Below the pieces are notes generated by a model, which saw nothing but the letters and a program-made list of their open reading frames with translations, did no database searches and had not been told where the DNA came from. The translations under genes and the position numbers were made by a program. Below are positions 1-9,149 of a stretch of DNA of 64,000 nt, one piece after another (positions within the stretch are counted from its first letter, which is position 1; each line of letters starts with the position of its first letter). Source of the DNA: a bacterium (GTDB lineage: Bacteria > UBA8248); contig OZ242260.1 in the NCBI GenBank assembly GCA_965207065.1, positions 2,176,001-2,240,000 on the forward strand, written 5' to 3'.

Positions 1-1
1 G

Positions 2-190
2 GTGCTGGACCTGATTATGGCGATGAAAGCTCTGGCCGTAGGCGCCCCGCCTCCCACTTCTGTAGCGGAGGGCGGATTGTTTCGCGATGCGGCGGGTGGT
101 CCCGGGCGGGATGAACTCGAAAACGCGCTCGTGTTGCTCCAGGGCTTCGACGGCGTGTGTGCGGCTTTCGTGGTGGGCAAGAGCGCTTGA
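2..190 (+). CDS. 3' end of a probable beta-ketoacyl synthase-like protein (runs in from window edge)
   Basis: Open from the edge. The C-terminus (DLIMAMKAL..PPT..ALVLLQGFDGVCAAFVVGK) parallels ketosynthase C-termini, and it directly precedes FAS II genes. Confidence 0.5.
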   Translation: MLDLIMAMKALAVGAPPPTSVAEGGLFRDAAGGPGRDELENALVLLQGFDGVCAAFVVGKSA

Positions 191-205
191 CGGGAGAACA
201 AGAAA

Positions 206-658
206 TTGCGGTTTCTCTATTTCGATCAGATCAAAGAAGTTGTGCGAGGTGAGCGCATCGTGGGTGTCAAGACGTTTCCGCTCTCGGAAGCGTACCTGAA
301 CGCCCATTTCACTCGTGCCCCGCGCGTGCCCGGCTCGATCCTCATCGAGGCGATGGCGCAGATTACGGGTTGGCTCGTGGTCTACACCTATGATTTCAAG
401 ACCCCGTGCGTCATCTCGCTCATCGACGATGTGGAGGTGGCGAGCGATCTGCGCCCCGGAGTGTCCGTGGAGATTCATGGCGAGATGATCGACACGAACG
501 AGCGAGCGAGCCTGTGCCGCGCGCGAATCGAAAAAGACGGCGTTCCCGTGGCGAGGGCCGAGAGGCTCGTATATCCCCACTTTCCCAACGAAGATACCGA
601 AGGCCTAAAGGAGCGCTTTAGAAACTATGGCTGGCTGGCGTTCGAGGAAACTGCATGA
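206..658 (+). CDS. FabA/FabZ-family 3-hydroxyacyl-ACP dehydratase
   Basis: Hotdog dehydratase motif HF..P.VPG..LIEAMAQ with catalytic His and Glu. Confidence 0.85.
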   Translation: MRFLYFDQIKEVVRGERIVGVKTFPLSEAYLNAHFTRAPRVPGSILIEAMAQITGWLVVYTYDFKTPCVISLIDDVEVASDLRPGVSVEIHGEMIDTNERASLCRARIEKDGVPVARAERLVYPHFPNEDTEGLKERFRNYGWLAFEETA

Positions 659-1920
659 GCGCGCAGGTATTCATCACCGGACTCGGCATGGTGACCTCAT
701 TGGGGGCAGACGTGGAGACTTGCTGGCGACGTGCGCTTGCCGGTGAATCGGGACTCGCGCCGATTGCGTCTTTCGACGCGAAGGCGCTGCCCATCGCGGG
801 TGCCGGCGAGGTCACCGAGGAGTCGCTCCGCGCCATCAGGGAGAGATTGCCCGAGGAATACGCAGGCGAGGGGGAGCGCAGGGTGTTGTTCGCGCTCGAC
901 GCCGCGCAAAGTGCGATGACGGACGCCGGGATGCGCCCCGGCGATTACGCGCCCGAACGCGCGGGCGTGGTGATGGGAACCGGTCTGAGCAGCTACCGGC
1001 TGGAGGATTTCGCGGCCTGGGCGGACCCCGAAAACGGATTCGACGCCGTGCGCTTCGCCAGAGAACTCGAGATGACGCAAGAAACGGGTTACTTCAACAA
1101 CCCGCCCGAGCGGGCGACGTCGAAGATGGCGGAGTGGTTCGAACTCGCAGGCCCCACCGGCACCATCACCTCCGCCTGTGCGGCGGCGGGACAGGCGATA
1201 GGACTCGGGATGCGAATGATCCGGAGGGGCGAGGCGGACGTGGTTCTTTGCGGCGGGGCCGATTCGATGATCCATCCCGTCGGAATGGCCATATTCCTCC
1301 TGCTGGGTGCTGCGTCCAAATCGAAAGTTCCCGTTTGCCGCCCGTTCGACAGGAAACGCACAGGCCTCGCCGTGGGCGAAGGGGCGGGCGTGGTGGTTCT
1401 CGAATCAGAAGCCCATGCGCGCAAGCGGGGCGCTGCGCCCTGCGCCGCACTATCGGGCTACGGGGCGAGCATGGACGCTCATCAGGTGACAGCCCCGCAC
1501 CCGGCGGGCCGCGGAGCCGTTCGCGCGATGAGCGAGGCGTTGGGGGATGCGGGTCTCACGCCCGGTGACGTCGCCTACGTCAATGCGCACGGCACGGGCA
1601 CGAAACTGAACGATCCGGTCGAGTCCAGGGCGATTCGCGAGGTGTTCGGCGCGGGGGCGGATGCGCTGGCGGTGAGTTCGTCCAAATCCATGATTGGGCA
1701 TCTTATCGCCGCTTGCGGCGCGCCCGAGTTTATCTTCACGGCCTTGAGCGTGGCGCGCGACATCGTGCATCCTACGGCGAATCTAGAGAACCCGGACCCG
1801 AAGTGCGATCTCGACTACGTGGCCGAGGGGGCGAGAGAGATGCCCGTGCCCGCCGCCATCACGAATTCCTTCGGTTTCGGCGGACAAAACGCCACACTCC
1901 TCGTGAGCAAGGCGGCTTAG
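655..1920 (+). CDS. fabF: 3-oxoacyl-ACP synthase (FabF-type ketosynthase), catalytic triad intact
   Basis: TSACAA (Cys), NAHGTGT and GHLIAA (two His), C-terminal NSFGFGG. ATGA overlap with the upstream gene. Confidence 0.92.
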   Translation: MSAQVFITGLGMVTSLGADVETCWRRALAGESGLAPIASFDAKALPIAGAGEVTEESLRAIRERLPEEYAGEGERRVLFALDAAQSAMTDAGMRPGDYAPERAGVVMGTGLSSYRLEDFAAWADPENGFDAVRFARELEMTQETGYFNNPPERATSKMAEWFELAGPTGTITSACAAAGQAIGLGMRMIRRGEADVVLCGGADSMIHPVGMAIFLLLGAASKSKVPVCRPFDRKRTGLAVGEGAGVVVLESEAHARKRGAAPCAALSGYGASMDAHQVTAPHPAGRGAVRAMSEALGDAGLTPGDVAYVNAHGTGTKLNDPVESRAIREVFGAGADALAVSSSKSMIGHLIAACGAPEFIFTALSVARDIVHPTANLENPDPKCDLDYVAEGAREMPVPAAITNSFGFGGQNATLLVSKAA

Positions 1921-1945
1921 CAACCCAGAAGAAAGGTGATTCGCA

Positions 1946-2698
1946 ATGAAAATCGATTTGAGCGGAAAAATCGCGCTGGTGACCGGGGGCGGTCGGGGCA
2001 TCGGTCGCGCCTGCTGCACGGCGCTGGCCGAGGCGGGCGCTTCGGTGGCGATCAACTACAGCCGCTCGGCGGAGGCCGCCGAGGAGGTGAAGGGGGAGAT
2101 CGAGGCGGCCGGCGGGCAGGCGAATACCTACCAGGCCGACGTCTCCTCTTTCGAAGACGTGACGGCGATGTTCGAGAAGGTGAAGGCGGATTTCGGCACA
2201 CTCGACATCCTGGTGAACAACGCGGGCGTCATTCAGGACGGCTTGCTGCTCACCATGAAGCCCGCGGGCTGGCGCAAGGTGCTCGGTGTGAGCCTGGACG
2301 GCGCCTACCACTGCACGAAGGCGGCAGGCGAGATCATGCTCAGAAAGCGCTCCGGCAAGGTGATCAGCATTTCCTCCGTCATGGGGGTCTCGGGGGGAGC
2401 CGGTCAGACGAACTACGCTTCCGCCAAGGCGGGCATCATCGCCTTCATGCGCGCCTGCGCCGCCGAGATGGGTAAACGCGGCATCCAGTTCAACACCATT
2501 TTACCGGGCATGATCGTCACCGACATGAGCGAGCGCGTGCGCGAGAAGGGCGGCGACGTGATTATGGGACGCATACCGGCGGGCCGCTTCGGCGAACCGG
2601 AGGACGTGGCCAGGCTCGTGGTGTTCCTGGCGTCGGCGGAATCGGATTACATCAACGGCCAGGCGATAGCCGTGGACGGCGGCCTGCTCACCGGCTAG
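1946..2698 (+). CDS. fabG: 3-oxoacyl-ACP reductase (SDR)
   Basis: TGGGRGIG, NNAG and YASAK motifs. Confidence 0.9.
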   Translation: MKIDLSGKIALVTGGGRGIGRACCTALAEAGASVAINYSRSAEAAEEVKGEIEAAGGQANTYQADVSSFEDVTAMFEKVKADFGTLDILVNNAGVIQDGLLLTMKPAGWRKVLGVSLDGAYHCTKAAGEIMLRKRSGKVISISSVMGVSGGAGQTNYASAKAGIIAFMRACAAEMGKRGIQFNTILPGMIVTDMSERVREKGGDVIMGRIPAGRFGEPEDVARLVVFLASAESDYINGQAIAVDGGLLTG

Positions 2699-2715
2699 GG
2701 CGGGGGATATTCAGG

Positions 2716-3132
2716 ATGCGGCTGTACCAGGGGGTGGATTTGGTGGAGGTGGCGCGCCTGAAGGAAGCCTACGAGCGCCACGAGGCGTTCGGCGAGGACG
2801 TTTTCACCGATGCCGAGCGGACGTATTGCCTGAAGCGCCGCAATCCCTACCCCCATTTCGCGGCCCGCTTCGCTGCGAAAGAGGCCTGCCTCAAGGCTTT
2901 CGGCCTCGGCATTTCCGAACCGGGCGGGCTGGGCGGCAGGGGCCGCCTGCGCGAGATTGAGGTGGAATCGGCGGCTTCGGGCAAGCCCACGCTCAAACTG
3001 AGCGGTTCGATGGAGCGGATGAGCGCGCGCAAGAAGATCACCCGGTTCACCGTTTCGCTGAGCCATACGCTGGAGTTGGCGGTGGCCCAGGTGATTCTCC
3101 TGGGTGAGGACGCGCCGGAAGAGGCGGATTAG
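2716..3132 (+). CDS. acpS: holo-ACP synthase (phosphopantetheinyl transferase)
   Basis: GVDLVE, AARFAAKEA.LKA.G, SGKP and VSLSHT motifs. Confidence 0.92.
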   Translation: MRLYQGVDLVEVARLKEAYERHEAFGEDVFTDAERTYCLKRRNPYPHFAARFAAKEACLKAFGLGISEPGGLGGRGRLREIEVESAASGKPTLKLSGSMERMSARKKITRFTVSLSHTLELAVAQVILLGEDAPEEAD

Positions 3133-3143
3133 GGGGCGGTGAA

Positions 3144-3596
3144 TTGAGATACATGCTTGTGGACAGGGTGACGGCGTGGGAGGCGGGGGTCTCCATCCAG
3201 GGGGTGAAGAACATTACGATGAGCGAGGATTTTCTGGAGTATCACTTCCCCCGGTTCCCCGTCATGCCGGGCGCGCTGATATTCGAGGCGCTGGTGCAGC
3301 TTGCAGGCTGGCTGGAGGCGGCGGGTTCGGATTTCAACCGGTGGATTCTTTTGGAAAAGGTCCGGAGCGTCAGGTACTATGGATTCGCCTTTCCGGGGGA
3401 TCAGGTTCTCCTGAACGTGGAGGCGCGTGGAGAGGAAGAAGGACTCAATAATTTCAGGGGAGTGGCCACCGTGGAGGGGGAGCGCCGGGTGGTCGCCGAT
3501 TTTGCCGGAAAGGTGGCGCCGCTTGCGGATTATGAAGACCCCGAGGAGCAGCGCCATCATTTTCGTGTTTTAAGACGCGAGGTTCGGTTGAGTTAG
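3144..3596 (+). CDS. second FabZ-like dehydratase
   Basis: LVDRV..KNIT..E.F..HFP..PVMPGALIFEALVQ. Confidence 0.88.
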   Translation: MRYMLVDRVTAWEAGVSIQGVKNITMSEDFLEYHFPRFPVMPGALIFEALVQLAGWLEAAGSDFNRWILLEKVRSVRYYGFAFPGDQVLLNVEARGEEEGLNNFRGVATVEGERRVVADFAGKVAPLADYEDPEEQRHHFRVLRREVRLS

Positions 3597-3608
3597 GCGG
3601 AATGAGCG

Positions 3609-4907
3609 ATGCGAGGCGAAAAAGTATGGATAACGGGCGTGGGGCTGTTGACCGCCATAGGCGGGAGCGCAGGGGAGAACTGGAAATCGCTCCGCGCCGG
3701 AAAATGCGGGGTCGACCACCATCCGAGCAAGGAGAATGCGTCTCTTCCGGGTAATTTCGCCTACCACGGCGTCGTTTCCGGCCATGAAGACCCGCCCGAG
3801 GTGCCGCCCAAACTAGCTAGCCAGCGGAAGTTCCTGAACAGAAGCTCCATCCTGGGGCTTCACGCCGCCGCCGAGGCGGTGGCCTGCGCTGGACTCGATA
3901 TGGGCGAGGTGTCACCTGAGAGAAAATCCCTCTACGTGGGTTCGGGCGATTTCACGAGGGTGGGCTACGTGGATTTCTACGCGGCGCTCAAGGAGACGGC
4001 AGGCGATTCGTGGGAGGCGCCGGAACCCGCCTTGCTTAACGAGGCGGCGCTCCACAGGGTAAGTCCTTTTTACCTGCTCGAAGGCCTGCCCAACAATCTT
4101 TTCAGCTATTTATCGTCCATGTACGAATTTATGGGGCCGAATGGCAGCTTCTCCAGTCTTTCTTCCTGCGGAGCGCAGGCGCTCGAAAACTGCGATCGCG
4201 TGCTCCGCTTTGGCGAAGCCGACGTCGGCCTGGTCGTGGGCTGCGGTAGTTGGGCGCACCCCATGATGCTCCTGGAACTAGACGGCCTGGGCATTCTCTC
4301 CCAGGCGAAAGAGGGCGCGGCGTCGTTCCGGCCTTTCGATAAGAGGCGCGATGGATTCTTTCCCGGAGAGGGCGCCGCCGCCCTGGTGCTCGAGAGCGCC
4401 GAATCCGCCCAAGCGCGTGGCGCAAAGCCCCTGGGCCGCGTGATGGGAACGGCGAATTGCCAGGAATACTCCACTGAACGCTATATTCCCGTTCCAACCG
4501 GAGCGGTGCGCCATTCGGTGGAATCGGCGGTGGCCGAGGCGGACATAGAACCCGATGATCTGGCTTTCATCCTTCCCCACGGAAGCGCGACGCCCCGGGG
4601 AGACGCGGGCGAATTGTCCGCCTTGCTGGAATTCAGCGATCAGGTGAAGGACCCGGTTCCGCTTGCCGGCTGGAAGCCTTATACGGGACACATGGGCTCA
4701 GCCAGCGATTTGGCCGAGATCGTGCTGGGGCTCTGCGCCTTGAAAGACGGCCGCCTTCCGCCCACGCCGGGTTTCGAGCGCAAAGACGACGCGTTCGATG
4801 CCCTCCACATCCCCACCGTGGAATGCGCCGTCGCGGGGGCCGCGTTCTTGTCCCTGAGCCACGGCATCGGCGGGCAATCCTCCGCGACCATCGTCGCCGC
4901 GCCGTGA
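3609..4907 (+). CDS. ketosynthase-like protein with degenerate active site (chain-length-factor-like)
   Basis: KS fold motifs (ITGVG, RPFDKRRDGF.PGEGAA, HGSAT, GHMGSA) are present, but SSLSSCGAQA replaces TSACAAAGQA at the catalytic Cys. Confidence 0.85.
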   Translation: MRGEKVWITGVGLLTAIGGSAGENWKSLRAGKCGVDHHPSKENASLPGNFAYHGVVSGHEDPPEVPPKLASQRKFLNRSSILGLHAAAEAVACAGLDMGEVSPERKSLYVGSGDFTRVGYVDFYAALKETAGDSWEAPEPALLNEAALHRVSPFYLLEGLPNNLFSYLSSMYEFMGPNGSFSSLSSCGAQALENCDRVLRFGEADVGLVVGCGSWAHPMMLLELDGLGILSQAKEGAASFRPFDKRRDGFFPGEGAAALVLESAESAQARGAKPLGRVMGTANCQEYSTERYIPVPTGAVRHSVESAVAEADIEPDDLAFILPHGSATPRGDAGELSALLEFSDQVKDPVPLAGWKPYTGHMGSASDLAEIVLGLCALKDGRLPPTPGFERKDDAFDALHIPTVECAVAGAAFLSLSHGIGGQSSATIVAAP

Positions 4908-5890
4908 GCAAACCCAAAGAGTCCACCAGGAGAAAGCGCAGCAAAGACAAGGGCGCATTTCACCAATGGGTGGAATACGCCCTGATCATCTCGGTTTTGA
5001 GGCTGATTCGCATGCTCCCCTACGGGGTCTGCCGTGCGTTCTCCGTCATAGTCGGGGAGGCGATTTTCCGGTTCGCTCCGAGGAGAAGGCGCATCGCGCG
5101 CGCCAACCTGCGCATCGCGTTTCCCGAACTCGACGAGGCGCAGCGCCTGGTTCTGGCGAGGCGCAGTTGCCGTTCGTTCATACTCACCTGTCTGGAGGGA
5201 GCGAAGTTTCTCACCCATTTCGATTTGCGGCGCGCAGAGAAAACGGTGCGCGATATCGTGGACGGCGCAGAAGAGACGATAGATAAGGTGCGGGCAATTC
5301 ACGAGGATGCGGGTGGCTGCGTGTTCGTCGTGCCGCATCTGGGGAACTGGGAATTCCTCGCCCATGCCGGCGCACTGGCGGGGATTCCGCTCACAGTCCC
5401 CGTACGTCCCCTGGACAACCGGAAGCTCGAAGCCTCGCTGTATCAAATGCGCGCATCCTCCGGGCAGGAGATATTATCCAAGAAAAACGCTTTCTTCCAT
5501 CTGCGCGAGGCGCTGCGCAAGGGCCGCTCGGTGGCGATTCTCGCGGATCAGAACGCGGGCGGCGATGGAATCGACGCGCCGTTCTTCGGCAAGCCCGCCA
5601 GGACGACGCCCGCCCCCGCCGCGCTCGCAGTCCTTTACAATCGGCCCCTCGTCCTGATCTCTTGCCTGAGAAAAGGCGATGACCGCCGTTACGAAATATT
5701 GCTGAGCGAGCCGATAACGCCCGACATGAACGCGCCAAGCGCAAAGAAAGAAATCGAGAGGCTGACGAAAACCGTGAACGAGGAGACGGAAAATTTTATT
5801 CGAAAGGGGCCGGAGCAGTACCTGTGGATTCATGACAGGTGGAAACTCACGAAAAGCCAGGGTCGTGCGCGCTGGGCCGGTTCAGGGTGA
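4904..5890 (+). CDS. lipid A late acyltransferase family (LpxL/HtrB/LpxXL-like)
   Basis: N-terminal membrane segment, ANL..AFPE, HLGNWE, LADQ, PFFG, PEQYLWIH.RWK. The GTG at 4904 overlaps the upstream stop (GTGA). Confidence 0.88.
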   Translation: MSKPKESTRRKRSKDKGAFHQWVEYALIISVLRLIRMLPYGVCRAFSVIVGEAIFRFAPRRRRIARANLRIAFPELDEAQRLVLARRSCRSFILTCLEGAKFLTHFDLRRAEKTVRDIVDGAEETIDKVRAIHEDAGGCVFVVPHLGNWEFLAHAGALAGIPLTVPVRPLDNRKLEASLYQMRASSGQEILSKKNAFFHLREALRKGRSVAILADQNAGGDGIDAPFFGKPARTTPAPAALAVLYNRPLVLISCLRKGDDRRYEILLSEPITPDMNAPSAKKEIERLTKTVNEETENFIRKGPEQYLWIHDRWKLTKSQGRARWAGSG

Positions 5891-6286
5891 GGATGGAGAG
5901 GAGGCGGTTTCTTTCAGGTGCTTGAAGAAGGGGTCGCCCAGTTTTTCGAGTATCGACTCGAGCTTTTCCGTGCAGTCGCAATCCCCGCAGACGGGATAGC
6001 CCTCGCAATCCTCCGGTTTCCGGGCGAAGCGCACGTCGATTTCCTCGAAATACGCCTCCCAGTAGGGTAGTTCCTCATACAGCTCATAACCCGGCCCGAA
6101 CGCCTCGCGGCAGTAGCAGACCTCGAGCCAGCGAACCTGGCCCTCCTTGGTAAGACGCGCCTTTTTCATGCACTTCAGGAAAGTTTGGTGCGCGATGGAG
6201 CCGCGCCCGAGTTCACCGGACTCGATGGCTTTTAGCAAAGCCGCGCCTTTACCCTCGATGACTTTTCCGCGCACCAGATACCGCAT
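5882..6286 (-). CDS. Cys-rich hypothetical protein
   Basis: 134 aa with an RBS-like GGAGG upstream; CYC and CxxxxxCxxCxC clusters. Confidence 0.7.
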   Translation of the reverse strand: MRYLVRGKVIEGKGAALLKAIESGELGRGSIAHQTFLKCMKKARLTKEGQVRWLEVCYCREAFGPGYELYEELPYWEAYFEEIDVRFARKPEDCEGYPVCGDCDCTEKLESILEKLGDPFFKHLKETASSPSSP

Positions 6287-6427
6287 GGAACCTCCATGGG
6301 TTTTTCATGAATCCTTCATTCGATTGTAACATAGGCGTTATGATTCATGTATAGATTGCCAAAGGCTTCGAGTATCGACGGCGTACAACGCCAAAGCGAG
6401 GAACGGATGAACACAGGGGCAGGCGGA

Positions 6428-7888
6428 ATGACGGACAAACCAATCGAAATCACCATGGTGGCGAGCGAGATGTTTCCTTTCGCCAAATCGGGCGGACTAG
6501 GCGACGTCATCGGCGCGCTGCCTTTGGCCCTGGGGCGGATGGGCCACAAGGTCTGCGTCTATCTGCCCGCGTACCGCTCCATTTTACGGGAATATGAGAT
6601 TGAGCCTCCCGGACAGGTCTCAGATGTCTTTTCCGATGCTCACTACGAGATATTCTCGCTCGAACACGAGGGCGTTTCGGTCAGACTCGTCGCAGCGGAT
6701 GACCTGTTCGATAGGGACGGATTCTACGGGGACGCGCGCGGGCCGTTCCCCGACAATGCGGAGCGCTACGCCCGCTTCGCAAGGGGTGCGCTCTCCCACA
6801 TGGAGCATGAAAGAGCCTATCCGTCCGTCATCCATTGCCATGACTGGCAAAGCGCCTTGATTCCGCCCTTGCTGGAATACCGCCGCGCGGACGATGAGAA
6901 ATGGAGCGGAGTCTCCTCCGTTTTCACCATCCACAACCTGGCGTATCAGGGCCGGTTCCACCCGGATGATTTTGCGCATACATGCCTGCCTGATGAGGCG
7001 ATGGGCATGGAGGGACTCGAGTTTCATGGCGACGTGAATTTCATGAAGGGCGGCATTTTGTTCAGCAACGTCTTCTCCACCGTGAGCGAGCGGTATGCGC
7101 AGGAGATGCTGACGGAAGAGCAGGGAGAGGGGCTCGAAGGGGTGGTCGTTCTCAGAAAAAATTCTTTGTTCGGCATCATGAACGGCATCGACGACGCGGT
7201 CTGGAACCCGGAGACCGACCCGCACATTTCGGCGCCGTTCTCGAGCGCGCACCCGGATGGCAAGGCGAAGTGCAAGGCCGCGCTTCAGGCGGAGTTGGCG
7301 CTGGACCCGGACGCGGGGGGGCCTTTGTGCGTCGTCGTCTCTCGGCTGGCGCATCAGAAGGGAATCGACCTGATTCTCGAAACGATGGATGAACTGATGG
7401 ATTCAGGCATAAGCCTGGCCATCCTGGGAACCGGGGAGGAGGAGCTGGAAGAAGGACTCGCCGAGGCCGCCTCTTCTCACCGGGGCCGGATGGCCTTCGT
7501 GCCCGCCTACGACGAAGCGCTCTCTCACCGCATGTACGCGGGGGGCGACGTCCTGCTCATGCCCTCGCGCTATGAACCCTCGGGCCTGAACCAGTTATAC
7601 GCCATGCGCTACGGCACCCTGCCTTACGTCCGGCGGGTCGGGGGGCTTGCGGATTCGGTTTCCTCGTCACCCATACCCGACCCGGATGCCGACACCGGTT
7701 TTCATTTCGATCAGTTCGTCCCGGCCGAATTTCTCGCCGGGATGGAGGAAATTTGCCGGGTGTTTTTGGATCTGGGGCTTTGGCGTATGATGATGCGCAA
7801 CGCGATGGAGAAGGATTCCGGCTGGGACGGCGTCGCGCCCCGCTATGTCGAGTTGTACGAGAAGGCGATGCGCCCGCAGACGCGTTGA
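6428..7888 (+). CDS. glgA: glycogen synthase (GT5)
   Basis: KSGGLGDV, HCHDWQ, FTIHNLAYQG, SRLAHQKG and MPSRYEP.GL.QLYAMRYG. Start placed at ATG 6428; 6407 is also possible. Confidence 0.95.
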   Translation: MTDKPIEITMVASEMFPFAKSGGLGDVIGALPLALGRMGHKVCVYLPAYRSILREYEIEPPGQVSDVFSDAHYEIFSLEHEGVSVRLVAADDLFDRDGFYGDARGPFPDNAERYARFARGALSHMEHERAYPSVIHCHDWQSALIPPLLEYRRADDEKWSGVSSVFTIHNLAYQGRFHPDDFAHTCLPDEAMGMEGLEFHGDVNFMKGGILFSNVFSTVSERYAQEMLTEEQGEGLEGVVVLRKNSLFGIMNGIDDAVWNPETDPHISAPFSSAHPDGKAKCKAALQAELALDPDAGGPLCVVVSRLAHQKGIDLILETMDELMDSGISLAILGTGEEELEEGLAEAASSHRGRMAFVPAYDEALSHRMYAGGDVLLMPSRYEPSGLNQLYAMRYGTLPYVRRVGGLADSVSSSPIPDPDADTGFHFDQFVPAEFLAGMEEICRVFLDLGLWRMMMRNAMEKDSGWDGVAPRYVELYEKAMRPQTR

Positions 7889-7914
7889 GACGAATCGGAC
7901 AAAGGAGCCAGAGC

Positions 7915-9144
7915 TTGGATTCACGCGATCCCAGAGTCATATCCTTCGTCATGGCGGGCGGCGCCGGAAACAGGCTTCGCCCCCTGACGGTCGCGCGCGG
8001 CAAGCCGGCCGTGCCGTTCGGCTCGAAATACCGCATCATCGACTTCGTGCTGAGCAATCTGGTGAACTCGGGCTATCAGTCCATCTACGTGCTGGTGCAG
8101 TACCTGGCGCAATCATTAATAGAACATTTGCGGCGTTCGTGGAACATCAGCGGAACGCTAGGGAAAAATTTCGTGACGGCCGTCCCGCCCCAGCAGCGCG
8201 CCGGCGAGTTCTGGTTCAAGGGAACGGCCGATTCCATCCACCAGAACAGGAACCTCGTGACCGACAATGCGCCCGACATCGTCCTGGTGTTCGGGGCGGA
8301 CCACATCTACCGCATGGACGTGAGCCAGATGGTTCGCTTCCATCTCGAAAGCGGGGCGGACGCTACCATATCGGCCCTGCCCGCGCCGGTCGAAGACGCC
8401 CGGGAATTCGGCGTGCTGGCCGTGAACGAAACGGGCCGAGTGGAGAGTTTCGACGAAAAACCCGTCCACCCCCGGCCCATGCCGGGCGATCCCTCGCGTG
8501 CATTATGCTCCATGGGGAATTATGTGTTTTCCTCACAGGTGCTGATGGATGCGCTCATCAGCGACGCGGCGCGCGAAGGGGAGCACGACTTCGGGCGCAC
8601 GATCATCCCCGCATTGCTGGGCGAGCGCAAAAAACTCTTTGCCTATGATTTCATGAAAAACGAGATCCCGGGCGTCAGGCACACCGAGGAGAGGGGCTAC
8701 TGGCGCGACGTGGGGACCATCAAGAGCTACTGGGAGACGCAGATGGATCTCCTGGGAGAAGCGCCGCGCCTCGATTTGAGCAACCCCGACTGGCCGATAC
8801 ACACCAGCGCTTACCCGGGGCCGGGCAGCCGCATCGTATCCACCCGGGTGGATAACGCCTTGATCGGAGAGGGATGCCAGATTATGGGGGCGCGGATCGA
8901 GCGCTCCGTCATCGGTCGCGGCGTGATCATAGAAAAGGGAGCGGAGGTTGTCGATTCCATCGTCATGGATCACACCCGCATCGGAGCCGGGGCGAAGCTT
9001 GATAAAGCGATTGTCGACAGGTTCAACCAGATCGGAGCGGGCGCATCGGTAGTGATTGAAGAGGCCGATTCCTACCCCGGCGCCGTCTCCGATACTTCCG
9101 GCATCATCGTCTTGCCGCGCGGGTTCACCCGGCCGGTCATATAA
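7915..9144 (+). CDS. glgC: glucose-1-phosphate adenylyltransferase
   Basis: AGG.G.RL.PLT..R.KPAVPFG.KYRIIDF, GTAD, DHIYRMD, YWRDVGT. TTG start 7915 follows AAAGGAG. Confidence 0.95.
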   Translation: MDSRDPRVISFVMAGGAGNRLRPLTVARGKPAVPFGSKYRIIDFVLSNLVNSGYQSIYVLVQYLAQSLIEHLRRSWNISGTLGKNFVTAVPPQQRAGEFWFKGTADSIHQNRNLVTDNAPDIVLVFGADHIYRMDVSQMVRFHLESGADATISALPAPVEDAREFGVLAVNETGRVESFDEKPVHPRPMPGDPSRALCSMGNYVFSSQVLMDALISDAAREGEHDFGRTIIPALLGERKKLFAYDFMKNEIPGVRHTEERGYWRDVGTIKSYWETQMDLLGEAPRLDLSNPDWPIHTSAYPGPGSRIVSTRVDNALIGEGCQIMGARIERSVIGRGVIIEKGAEVVDSIVMDHTRIGAGAKLDKAIVDRFNQIGAGASVVIEEADSYPGAVSDTSGIIVLPRGFTRPVI

Positions 9145-9149
9145 TTCCC

